From NCBI GenBank assembly GCA_965205025.1, contig CBDBFU010000033.1, positions 32,001-96,000 of the forward strand: a stretch of 64,000 nt of DNA. Direction: 5' to 3'. The notes below the pieces were generated by a model. That model did no database searches and was not told the origin of the DNA. It saw only the letters and a program-made list of their open reading frames with translations. The translations under genes were made by a program, and so were the position numbers. The stretch is from Candidatus Poribacteria bacterium (GTDB lineage: Bacteria; Poribacteria; WGA-4E; WGA-3G). Shown here piece by piece: positions 12,284 to 22,026 of the stretch (the first letter of the stretch is position 1; the number at the start of each line of letters is the position of its first letter).

Positions 12284-13366
12284 ATGTTTAAGAAATCAAG
12301 ACATATCGGTATTCTGATTGTTGTAATTGTGTTGGTATTTTTCTCTTTTAGCTATTTACTCATACAACAGATTGTAGGATCATATTTTCAAAATGGACAG
12401 GTGTTGAGCAATGTGGTATATGCACAAGAAGATCCAGCTATTCCCCCAAAACCAAAAGTAAGAAGATCTGTTGTCAAAATAGATCCTGAACCAGAACTCC
12501 AAGAATCATGGCATCCATCTGAATGGGGTGCGGATGATCGTCGGGGTGCAGTCAACAGACTATCACCAAAAAAGGCATTGGATGCAGCGAGTCTAATCAA
12601 GACTGGGAAGGTCTATCAACTTGGTAGAGTATATGAGAGTGGTATTCCAGTATTTGGAACACGCCATTATAGTCTCCGAATTCCACAGATGTCCGGTCCT
12701 CTTGGAGAGAACAAGACTACTTGGTTTGAGGAGATTTTTAGTGGTGAGATTGGTCAGATTGGAACGCAATTCGATGGATTGGGACACATAGGGATCGGTG
12801 ATCATTTCTATAATGGATTAAATCAGAATGATTTTGCAACTGCAGAAGGTCTTAAAGAACTGGGGGTTGAGAATGTTGGACCTATCTTCACACGCGGTGT
12901 ATTGATTGATATTGCAGGGTACAAAGGTGTTGATATGCTTGGAGATAGCTATGAGATTACCCGTGCTGATCTTGAGGGTGCATTGGAAAAACAGAATGTT
13001 GAAATCACTCCTGGTGATGTTGTAATTATACATACCGGTTGGGGTAGTTTATGGATGAAAGATAATGATAGGTATAGTACAACTGAACCGGGGATTGGTT
13101 TGGAAGCAGGACAGTTTCTCGTAGAGCAAAAGATAGTGATGTTATGTAGTGATAACTGGGGGATTGAGGTTGTACCGAACCCGGATGAATCGCTTGCATT
13201 TCCAGTTCATCAGTTGTTTATTGTAAAACACGGTATATACAATCTGGAGAATATCATTACAGAGGAATTAGCAGCTGATAGAGTGTACGAATTTGCCTTC
13301 AGTTTTGCCCCACTTCGTTTGAAAGGTGCTACAGGTTCACCCGGAAATCCTATTGTCATACGGTAA
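12284..13366 (+). CDS. Cyclase family protein (kynurenine formamidase-like) with N-terminal membrane anchor
   Basis: WGADDRRGAVN, QIGTQFDGLGH, RGVLID, HTGW and GATGSP motifs. Confidence 0.85.
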   Translation: MFKKSRHIGILIVVIVLVFFSFSYLLIQQIVGSYFQNGQVLSNVVYAQEDPAIPPKPKVRRSVVKIDPEPELQESWHPSEWGADDRRGAVNRLSPKKALDAASLIKTGKVYQLGRVYESGIPVFGTRHYSLRIPQMSGPLGENKTTWFEEIFSGEIGQIGTQFDGLGHIGIGDHFYNGLNQNDFATAEGLKELGVENVGPIFTRGVLIDIAGYKGVDMLGDSYEITRADLEGALEKQNVEITPGDVVIIHTGWGSLWMKDNDRYSTTEPGIGLEAGQFLVEQKIVMLCSDNWGIEVVPNPDESLAFPVHQLFIVKHGIYNLENIITEELAADRVYEFAFSFAPLRLKGATGSPGNPIVIR

Positions 13367-13381
13367 ATAATATATCCGAAT

Positions 13382-14152
13382 ATGATAAAATTATGTGTGA
13401 TTATCCTTGTGTCATGTATGTTAGTGTCATGTAAATCGACAGAAAATCAGTCCTTTAAAGAGAAACAGTTAACCTATCCACGTGTTCAGTTTGCACACCG
13501 AGAAAAGGATGTTCAACTGCAAAACCTATTTGAAAAACAGGGTTATGAATACCCGCCACAGAATATCTATGTCCGTATTTTTAAGGATGAACGGATTTTA
13601 GAAGTATGGACAAAGAGAAATGTTGATGAGACGTATCAGAAAGTTTGTTATTATGAATTCTGTGCATCATCAGGTAAGTTAGGACCGAAAAGACAGGAAG
13701 GTGATTTACAGATACCAGAAGGATTTTATTATATTGACCGATTTAATCCTAATAGCAATTTCTTTTTGTCACTTGGCATCAATTATCCTAACAAATCAGA
13801 TAAAATATTAGGTGTAAAAAGCAAATTAGGCGGAGATATCTTTATACATGGCGGGTGTGCTACTATTGGATGTATTCCTATAACAGACGATAAGATTATG
13901 GAAGTATATTGGTTAGCAATCCAAGCCAAGTCGAATGGTCAAGAGAAAATACCAGTCCACATTTTCCCTTCAAAATTGGACAATTTATCACTGAATCGTC
14001 TCAAGAATAGTATTGGGAATGATGATGGGTTAATCCAATTCTGGTCTAATCTGAAGATTGGGTATGATTGGTTTGTTGAACATGGAAATATACCTGAAAT
14101 TACAGTAGATAAACAAGGGATTTACCATTTTTCGGAAGGACAGATTCCTTAG
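13382..14152 (+). CDS. YafK/DpaA-like murein L,D-transpeptidase family lipoprotein
   Basis: GPKRQEGDLQIPEGFY, LGINYPN, IFIHGGCATIGC (catalytic His/Cys), FWSNLK. Confidence 0.85.
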   Translation: MIKLCVIILVSCMLVSCKSTENQSFKEKQLTYPRVQFAHREKDVQLQNLFEKQGYEYPPQNIYVRIFKDERILEVWTKRNVDETYQKVCYYEFCASSGKLGPKRQEGDLQIPEGFYYIDRFNPNSNFFLSLGINYPNKSDKILGVKSKLGGDIFIHGGCATIGCIPITDDKIMEVYWLAIQAKSNGQEKIPVHIFPSKLDNLSLNRLKNSIGNDDGLIQFWSNLKIGYDWFVEHGNIPEITVDKQGIYHFSEGQIP

Positions 14153-14240
14153 CATGACGTGAGTTCATGATTTATATCGGATGCGTATACCCCTCCTACA
14201 AAGATAAAAATTGGGATTCAAATCTCCTCATATAAAGAAG

Positions 14241-14480
14241 TTATACCATATTTAGTAATTAAATCTCATTAGCATCTTTAATGTAGCACAAACTTCATGA
14301 AGATTAAAATAATAATTCGGTAATGTGTTAGAAATTCGGTTCGGTTAGGAAACCGAACCTACCGAGTTTGGGAAAATGGGAATTACCGAATTTAAAACTT
14401 AATCCTCATCCAGTTTGTGTAGTATCTCAAGACATAAATATCACCCAATCATGGGAGAATCATTAATTGAAATGGTATTA
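14241..14480. mobile_element. ATACCA...TGGTAT-ended miniature element whose central REP is interrupted by a 113-bp ATGAAGATTAA element (14297-14409)
   Basis: Flanks align with the uninterrupted copy at 23624-23753; insertion is at the centre of CACAAACT-TCC-AGTTTGTG. Confidence 0.75.
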
Positions 14481-14512
14481 GAATTGATCCATTTATAATT
14501 ATACCTTGGTTT

Positions 14513-17500
14513 TTATCTCACTACTTGAATAGTTCCTGTACCTGCCACAGCGGATTTGCTGGGATCATACATAGCCTCAGCGGAAATAGGTGGTAATGTA
14601 AAACTACCTTCGGTTACTGCCCTTAGCGTATAATAGAATTTCTGTTCGTTATCTTTAGGAAATGATCCAAAGAGAATCAGCCTATCATCACGGATATCAA
14701 TGTTATTTGGTCTGAAGGATTGTTGATGGAGAATTGACCTACTATCTCTTGTTTTGAGTCGAGGGTTTTCTATTTCAAATCCTGATGGTAACATATCAAC
14801 AACCACAACATTATGAAGATCCTTAGACAATGATTTTACACTGATTTCTGTGATTAGCAGTTCTCCCTGTTGAAATACTTTCTTAACACGAGATTGATCC
14901 TGTGTTAAATATCGTCTATTGATAACTATTTCATTACCATATTCCTCAATATATGAATCACGACCGATTCCAAAGGCTTCCCAATAGTAATAACATGTAC
15001 CATTCCCTTGTATATTGATCTTAAAATGTGAACCGTCCCAATCTGAATTTATAAGTTGCTTACCCATAGAATCAAAACGAACGACATGATCTGTATCTCG
15101 AACAATTTCACCAGAGAATTTCTGCTGAGGTAGTTTATTTAAATATTTACCAAGTGCAAGAAATGCATAGGCATTCTCTTGTGTTGTTCCCCATCTTTGT
15201 CTATTTGAAGCTGAATCTGTAAGACTTTCGACCAAATGTGGAATCAACGGATGGTCATCCTTTATCTCCATTAACATATCTAAAATAATTGCATACGATC
15301 TAACACTTGAATCGAAATTCCAACCCGTATCTCGATATTCTGTTTTCTCAATATCGACTTTATCAGGTAAGAGTGATAGTGCAATCTGTTTATTTCCACT
15401 ATGTGCAAAAGCCCCAGCCAGTTGAAAAATACTATAATCATTAAGATCCTTTATACGGTTATTTCTGAGATGGAACATAACCTGTTTTTCTGCTTGTCCT
15501 GCTTTACTTAATACATAACAGGCATAAACTACTTGTGGTAATCTATATTTATCAGGTTGTCTGTTCTCGTTGTAATTTGGAATTAATTCTTGTCTGACTT
15601 GTCTCCGTAACCCTTCAATCATTCTGTTATATGTGTAATCTGAAACTTGGTAACCTGCTATTCTTGCTTCAACGAGATAATGTGCAGCATAGATACTGCT
15701 CCAGGTGTGTGTATAAGATCCGCGTTGCCAATATGAGAACATCAGATTATTTCCTAACATTTTTTCAAGTTTTTCAATTCCTACCTCAATATATTCTTTG
15801 ATTTTACCCTCTTCTGCTAATGTTGGTTCAACTATACGCGCTAAATCAGTGAGGTATAGTAATGGAAATACACGGCTTGTTGTTTGTTCAAGACACCCGT
15901 AAGGATATTGGATAAGGTATCGAAGTCCGTTTGCAAAACGTAATGAAGGGAGTGGAGATAGCGTAACCAAAAACTCAGAAGTATCCGATCGTAAGTTCGA
16001 TGGTAGTATGAATTCTGCAGGTTCATTCACGCTAACAATTCCTTGTCCAGTCTTAGTAATGTATGGTGCAGGTGACCTGATTGGAATACTGATAGGTGCT
16101 GACTTAATCTCATCTCCACCTCCAGTAATAGATAGATTAAAATCCGAAATACCAACTGCATCATGAGCGATTACATCAAAATACACCTGTCCTTCGGTAT
16201 CTGATTCAACACTCAACTGTTTTTCAAGTGAATCATCATCAATAACCATAGTCTGATGTAGATTACTATTACCAGACAATAGTTTTACTGGACCAGAGAC
16301 TTGTAATTTTACCTTGAAATCAGCTGAATTGGTATTGCCATTATACACGGTAACAGGAACGCGTATACGATCACCACTTGAAAGAAAACGAGGGAATGTT
16401 GGTGTCATGACTACTGGATCGCGCACTTGAATCATACTGGTTGCCGAACCGAAGTCTTTTCCTGCGAATGCAACTGCCATCAGACGAAGTGTTCCATTGA
16501 ATTGTGGAATATCTATACGGATATTCCCATTGCCATCTTTATCTGTTCTTATCAATCCAGACCAGAGTGATATGGGTTTGACTCGTAGAACAGAGTCAGT
16601 GTTAACTCTTCTACCCCTACTCAACCTACGCTGTTGAACAGAACTTCTTACACTTTTTGCTGCAGGCATTGGAGATCCAATTGTATCCAATGCTACTGCT
16701 TGAGCATAAGCAATTTCGTCTTTGAAATAGGCAACTGAATCTAAACCTAATATATCCGCAAGAGATTGAATAGGTGTAATAGGAAATTGTTTATCCCGTG
16801 TAATTGCTGTATAAAATTCAAAGGATAGTGTATCTAATCTTCTCTTCTGATAGAAATATGAGTGTGGATCTGGTGTATTCATACCAGTTAGTTGAATTAT
16901 ACCTTCATCAACAGCTGCGACTGTTACCATATATGATTGTTCTTTTTTCTTTCCATTAACTTTAACCTTTATATTGATATCTGAATTCGGTCGAACCTGT
17001 TCAGGAGCATCTATAGCAACATTTAAGTGATTAAGTTCGGCATTAATTTTTAATGGTAATATTCCATAAGCCCGTGCAGGAACATCCTTCTTCAATGTTG
17101 TAGTGGATCTAATTAGTATTGCAGAAATATACACATTCGGAGAATATAATTCCTCTACAGGGATTGTCAATGTCTCAGTCGTGTTTTTCAAGGTAATAGT
17201 CTGGTAACTCAACACTTTGTCACGTTCGATTGTTAGTAATACTTTCCCTTGGAATGGTGGTTTTATAGTTAGTTTCGCTTCTTCACCTGGTAGGTATGAG
17301 GGTTTATCAAGGGACATATCAAGTTTATCAGCATTTTCGATAGACCAAGGCACACCACCCCATTCCGAAACATAAAATTGCATTGAAGTTTTTGCTTTAC
17401 TCTTAAGATCCTCAATCTCTACCAAATGAACCCCAAAAGCAACAGGAATAAAATCAAACGTACCTGGTTTTTCAAGCGATGTTAGAGTTCTTGTTTCTAT

Positions 17501-20008
17501 TTTCGTATAAGATGGAGATTCTTGTCCTCGCCTGTTGTGTGAATCAATAGATGATACTGTCATCTTTACCGGATGTCCACTCGTGACCATTCCATCTGTA
17601 TCTAATACGATGTATTCAAAACTAACCTTCTCATTTAATTTAACTGTTCCTTCCACAGGTCGTCTAATACCAATATAGTGTGTATAGGGATGGACAAGAA
17701 CTGAGTCAGAAGTAGAAACGGCACGTCCACCAAGATCTTGTACAGATATATGTATATCACAGTTAAGGGCAGCAGGTGGTTTTAATTCCTTTGGGAGTTT
17801 GAAAGCATAATTTACATTGCCATGTGCATCGGTCACTGTATCATTTAGTTGTATGGTGTTCCTTTCAAATGTGCGTGAATTATCAGCAAACTTATATGAA
17901 TTCCATTTCTCCGGTGGTATAAATTGAATTGGTGAAAGGAAATATAAAGCGTATACTGATCTACCAACAGCAGGAGTGCCATATAGGTTTGCTGCATTTA
18001 TATCAAAATTTACCTCATCCCCTACAGTATAAGTAGCTTTTTCAACATTAAGATCTATTTTCATTCTGTCTGGAATGAATTCTTCTACTTGAAAAGATAC
18101 AGCACCTATCTGATTCTTCCCAATTAACATTTTGGCGTTGTACCATCCAGTTAGAGAAACATCCGCTATAGGAATTTCAATTTCACATTCCCCTTCACTA
18201 CCAGTTTTTACTTCTATTTCTTTTACAATATTCCCCGTTGGATTAACTATGTTAAGCTGTAATGGAAGCTGATTTGGTGGAATGGTTTTTTCTCCTCGAA
18301 CAATACCTACAAGATTCACTGTTTCTCCTGGTCGATATACACCTCGATCAGTATAGAGAAATGCCTCATAGTCATCAACTAAATATGGAATACCATCAAT
18401 GTCGAATCTGTTGGTGGATAATTTCTCTCGTTGCAACTGGAGTAATGAAAAGTCATTATCCTTCTTGACTGTAATAAGAAATTCGGGATTATCTTTAAAT
18501 TCATCTGTATCTATACGAAATTTGGCAAATCCATTCTTATCAGTTTTGTCAGAATACAGTATGTTCATTCTCTTATTATTTAGTATCTGTACATCTGCTT
18601 TCGAAATTGGATTTAATGAATCGAGAGAATTTACCCACACCCACATTTCATTTTTTATTACCTTTGCAACTATCCCAAGATCTGTGATGACTAAAAGTCG
18701 TTCAGCATACCCAACTCTACCTTGATTTGAATAGATAATTATTTTAAAAATCCCGCCATGATTTTCTGTCAGAAATTCCCCTAATGGCAACTCGGTGATG
18801 ACTTCTTCATTATCTATAGAAGCGATTTCGATCTCACCTTTATGAATTAGTTCAGGAAGGCTGGATAGATGTAGTTTTGCAATTCCATATTCAAACTTAT
18901 CTATATTCGTGGTAGCAATTCCAAGATCTAAAGAACCCTTAAGTGGTATGAAGTATGTATCATCAATAAATCGTATTCTTGGATTAAGGTTCGGAACTTT
19001 TAATCTCGCAATATACGTATCTCTTAATATAGTACGGTCTATTGAGGACATACCATGTTTTATATTAAGTGTATATTGTGTGCCAAATTCAAAATCACCT
19101 CGAAGTTCATATTGACTTCCACTACCAACCAATTGAAAAGGTATTGAAGGTGTTAGGCTTACATTTTCTTTTAATATATCATGGTGAATTTGTGAACTGA
19201 ATCTTAGTTGAATGTAAGGATATCCATCTCTTTGTAGAAATTGACTATCATTAACATGTAGGGGTATAATTTCTTCTAAGTTGATTGGTGCATAAATTGT
19301 TTCACTCAGCCCTATTTCAGTCTGATTGGACCTAAATCCCTTGTTAATCTTTACCTGAAGTAATCCACTCTCTAATATCGGTACAATACTATTCAACTCC
19401 AATAAAACCGTATCTGTAATCTGGCTTTGTTCTTGAAACTTATAATCAATAGTGCTTCCCTTGCTTGTAATTATAGACAGATATTCTCCCAATGCATCAA
19501 GATTGATAACATAATTAAATGAGATTATTCCAACTACCTTTATCTGTGTTTCTTCATCAGATTGAATTTTAATCTGTGCACTATCAACCATAAATGGGGT
19601 AGAAGTATATTTGAATTTGCTCTGACCAATTAAATTATGTTTGATCTCAGGTATGAATTTCGGTAGAAATGTAAAAGTATAATCAACAGATGGGGATAGT
19701 GTGTTATCTAAATAGATACCAATTTGGTTCTTTGCTACCCAACGTGCAGTTAATTGCATTGATGGAGTTATCTCTAAAGATTTCGTTGGTATTTCAGTAT
19801 ATAACTTATCATCTTCTATTACATTCTTGGATAGTCTTAACAGGAAATCTGCTATTCCACCATTTTCCTCTTTAGATTGTAGTGATACAACACTAAATTC
19901 TGTATCTCCTTCCTCTTTTGCAAGTACAGTAGTGATTGATAGGATAAGGGTTGATATGATAATGATTCCTATGATTTGAAGTTTCTTATTTTGTGTTATT
20001 TTATTCAT
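14513..20008 (-). CDS. Bacterial alpha-2-macroglobulin (YfhM-type, thioester-containing)
   Basis: YTDRGVYRPGE, VAAVDEG, FNGTLRLMAVA, thioester YPYGCLEQ, WGTTQENA, AEAMYDP; start placed at MNKITQ (GGAGA RBS at 20016-20020). Confidence 0.92.
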   Translation of the reverse strand: MNKITQNKKLQIIGIIIISTLILSITTVLAKEEGDTEFSVVSLQSKEENGGIADFLLRLSKNVIEDDKLYTEIPTKSLEITPSMQLTARWVAKNQIGIYLDNTLSPSVDYTFTFLPKFIPEIKHNLIGQSKFKYTSTPFMVDSAQIKIQSDEETQIKVVGIISFNYVINLDALGEYLSIITSKGSTIDYKFQEQSQITDTVLLELNSIVPILESGLLQVKINKGFRSNQTEIGLSETIYAPINLEEIIPLHVNDSQFLQRDGYPYIQLRFSSQIHHDILKENVSLTPSIPFQLVGSGSQYELRGDFEFGTQYTLNIKHGMSSIDRTILRDTYIARLKVPNLNPRIRFIDDTYFIPLKGSLDLGIATTNIDKFEYGIAKLHLSSLPELIHKGEIEIASIDNEEVITELPLGEFLTENHGGIFKIIIYSNQGRVGYAERLLVITDLGIVAKVIKNEMWVWVNSLDSLNPISKADVQILNNKRMNILYSDKTDKNGFAKFRIDTDEFKDNPEFLITVKKDNDFSLLQLQREKLSTNRFDIDGIPYLVDDYEAFLYTDRGVYRPGETVNLVGIVRGEKTIPPNQLPLQLNIVNPTGNIVKEIEVKTGSEGECEIEIPIADVSLTGWYNAKMLIGKNQIGAVSFQVEEFIPDRMKIDLNVEKATYTVGDEVNFDINAANLYGTPAVGRSVYALYFLSPIQFIPPEKWNSYKFADNSRTFERNTIQLNDTVTDAHGNVNYAFKLPKELKPPAALNCDIHISVQDLGGRAVSTSDSVLVHPYTHYIGIRRPVEGTVKLNEKVSFEYIVLDTDGMVTSGHPVKMTVSSIDSHNRRGQESPSYTKIETRTLTSLEKPGTFDFIPVAFGVHLVEIEDLKSKAKTSMQFYVSEWGGVPWSIENADKLDMSLDKPSYLPGEEAKLTIKPPFQGKVLLTIERDKVLSYQTITLKNTTETLTIPVEELYSPNVYISAILIRSTTTLKKDVPARAYGILPLKINAELNHLNVAIDAPEQVRPNSDINIKVKVNGKKKEQSYMVTVAAVDEGIIQLTGMNTPDPHSYFYQKRRLDTLSFEFYTAITRDKQFPITPIQSLADILGLDSVAYFKDEIAYAQAVALDTIGSPMPAAKSVRSSVQQRRLSRGRRVNTDSVLRVKPISLWSGLIRTDKDGNGNIRIDIPQFNGTLRLMAVAFAGKDFGSATSMIQVRDPVVMTPTFPRFLSSGDRIRVPVTVYNGNTNSADFKVKLQVSGPVKLLSGNSNLHQTMVIDDDSLEKQLSVESDTEGQVYFDVIAHDAVGISDFNLSITGGGDEIKSAPISIPIRSPAPYITKTGQGIVSVNEPAEFILPSNLRSDTSEFLVTLSPLPSLRFANGLRYLIQYPYGCLEQTTSRVFPLLYLTDLARIVEPTLAEEGKIKEYIEVGIEKLEKMLGNNLMFSYWQRGSYTHTWSSIYAAHYLVEARIAGYQVSDYTYNRMIEGLRRQVRQELIPNYNENRQPDKYRLPQVVYACYVLSKAGQAEKQVMFHLRNNRIKDLNDYSIFQLAGAFAHSGNKQIALSLLPDKVDIEKTEYRDTGWNFDSSVRSYAIILDMLMEIKDDHPLIPHLVESLTDSASNRQRWGTTQENAYAFLALGKYLNKLPQQKFSGEIVRDTDHVVRFDSMGKQLINSDWDGSHFKINIQGNGTCYYYWEAFGIGRDSYIEEYGNEIVINRRYLTQDQSRVKKVFQQGELLITEISVKSLSKDLHNVVVVDMLPSGFEIENPRLKTRDSRSILHQQSFRPNNIDIRDDRLILFGSFPKDNEQKFYYTLRAVTEGSFTLPPISAEAMYDPSKSAVAGTGTIQVVR

Positions 20009-20033
20009 TTGTCTATCTCCAATATATATTATA

Positions 20034-20175
20034 ACGTGAGTTTGATAAGACACACTGTAACCTGATCTTTTGGTTATCACCAGAGTGCACAAACTGGAAA
20101 GTTTGTGCTACAAAGACTATCTTCAGGACAAAATTCTGTTTACCGAACTGACATTTTTTATTATCAAACTGACGT
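20034..20175. mobile_element. 142-bp MITE with terminal inverted repeats ACGT(G/C)AGTTTGATAA and 7-bp target duplication TATTATA
   Basis: Inverted homologous 142-bp copy at 32053-32194; central GCACAAACT palindrome. Confidence 0.8.
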
Positions 20176-20232
20176 TATTATATGAGTATGGTGGTTTAAC
20201 TATTAGAATATTATATGGAAATTTGCAAATAA

Positions 20233-20362
20233 AATGCCAATTCATTTGAATTCATACCGTTGATTTATGGCATTCATACCGTTGATTCCTTGATTTGGTA
20301 GGGACGGAATGTTTATGGCAAAAGTGTATATCCCTATGGTCACTTCCTCAGAAATGGTAGTA
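20233..20362. repeat. Nested CATTCATACCGTTGATT elements joined to a GTAGGGACGGAATG repeat and an AGAAATGGTA right end
   Basis: Same motifs as at 37529-38125. Confidence 0.7.
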
Positions 20363-20536
20363 TGTCTTGCACGTTTCTGTGCATATTGTTAATCAATGCC
20401 CTATTATGTGCATCTGAATCGACCTAACATCCCATTATCATAGGTTTTTTAAGGTTTGAAATTGGCATATTAATTGCTAAATATAGAATAATCAATTCGC
20501 CATAAAGTAAATCTTTTCAAAATCCATACCAATACA

Positions 20537-21412
20537 ATGTCACACAAAATCAATCTACCAACAATATCCATTGGTTCATACCGTGTCACACGCCTAATTA
20601 TTGGTGGCAATCCGTATAGCGGAATTTCTCATAGTACTCCTGCTGCCTCCAAAGCAATGGAGGATTATTATACCACGCAACAGATAATTGAGGATCTAAA
20701 ACAAGCCGAAGTTAATGGCATTAATACAGTTCTTGCCAGAGCGGATAGGCACATTATGCGGACACTGAATGAATACTGGAATAGTGGTGGTACAATACAG
20801 TGGATAGCACAGACCCCAAAAGCAAAAGAATATAATGACCTTAGCACATATTTAGACTTAATCGCTCAATATAAACCGATTGCTATTTATCACCATGGTG
20901 GAACAACTGACGAACTCTATATTGAAGGTAAACTTGATTCACTACATGAGAGTATGAAACAGATTCGTGACCTTGGTTGTGCTGTAGGTATTGGAACCCA
21001 TGATCCCCTGATACTGAAATACTGTTATTCAGAAGGTTTTGATGTTGACTTTTACGTCTGTGCCCTATATAATCATACACGTCACCGAGAGATGTATCTT
21101 GAAGATGACAGAGAAATTGCTGTAGCAACGATTCAAGCAATTCCATTACCCATCATTGCAATAAAAGTATTGGCAGCTGGTAGAAATGAACCTATTACTG
21201 CTTTCCAATACGCATTATCTAATATCAAACCGATAGATGCGATGGCAGTAGGAATGTATACAAAATTTCAACCGGATCAAATACATCAAAACGCACTGAC
21301 TATTGCTAAACTTACCGAGGAATCTGAGAATGGAGCGGATTGTAGAACCAGAAGTAATGGATACCCCCGAGGCTGCAGCCGCTTACGACGCGATGGAGCA
21401 TGGGGAGGTTGA
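20537..21412 (+). CDS. Aldo/keto reductase-like TIM-barrel hypothetical protein
   Basis: RLIIGGNPYSG.SH, WIAQT, AIYHHG, IAIKVLAAGR motifs; the 3' end overlaps the next gene and may be slightly shorter. Confidence 0.7.
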   Translation: MSHKINLPTISIGSYRVTRLIIGGNPYSGISHSTPAASKAMEDYYTTQQIIEDLKQAEVNGINTVLARADRHIMRTLNEYWNSGGTIQWIAQTPKAKEYNDLSTYLDLIAQYKPIAIYHHGGTTDELYIEGKLDSLHESMKQIRDLGCAVGIGTHDPLILKYCYSEGFDVDFYVCALYNHTRHREMYLEDDREIAVATIQAIPLPIIAIKVLAAGRNEPITAFQYALSNIKPIDAMAVGMYTKFQPDQIHQNALTIAKLTEESENGADCRTRSNGYPRGCSRLRRDGAWGG

Positions 21413-21992
21413 TCAAGCATTTGTTGATCGTGTCATTGCCCTCGGTGCATCTACTGGTCATTTTCTTGATGTCGGTACCGGTCCAGCACAAATTCCTATC
21501 CTACTTGCCCAAACCTGTCCAAACATTCAAATAACAGCCATAGACTTATCTGAAGAGATGTTGAAAATCGCCGAACAGCATGTTATTGATGCTTGTTTGC
21601 GTGATCGGATTACCCTTCAACTTGTTGACGCTAAAGAATTGCCGTTCCCTGATAAATCATTTGATGGGGTGATCTCAAATAGTATCGTTCACCATATACA
21701 CGATGCATTGAAAGCTTTAATTGATATGGGTAGAGTTGTCAAACCGACAGGTTTGGTGTTAATACGAGATCTAATTCGTCCTGAAACTAATGCAGATGCA
21801 CAAGGATTTGTTGATAAATATGCTGCAGATGATACACCTTACCAACAGAAACTATATTACGATTCCTTCCTTGCTTCCTTTACAATTGCTGAAGTTAATG
21901 AGATGCTGATTCAGATGGATATACCCGGTGCTGCTGTTGTGCAAAGCACTGATCGACATTGGTCTATAGAAAGAGAATTTATCAGAGAATAG
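21330..21992 (+). CDS. Class I SAM-dependent methyltransferase
   Basis: MERIVEPEVMD start; LDVGTGP motif I; IDLSEEML; SNSIVHH. Confidence 0.85.
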   Translation: MERIVEPEVMDTPEAAAAYDAMEHGEVDQAFVDRVIALGASTGHFLDVGTGPAQIPILLAQTCPNIQITAIDLSEEMLKIAEQHVIDACLRDRITLQLVDAKELPFPDKSFDGVISNSIVHHIHDALKALIDMGRVVKPTGLVLIRDLIRPETNADAQGFVDKYAADDTPYQQKLYYDSFLASFTIAEVNEMLIQMDIPGAAVVQSTDRHWSIEREFIRE

Positions 21993-22026
21993 AGATATGT
22001 AAATAAATTAAACCCAGAGGTGTTTC

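Noticed and set aside
20009-20092. Longer A2M N-terminus given by the ORF track
   Set aside because: The extension runs through the 142-bp MITE; the RBS supports the start at 20008
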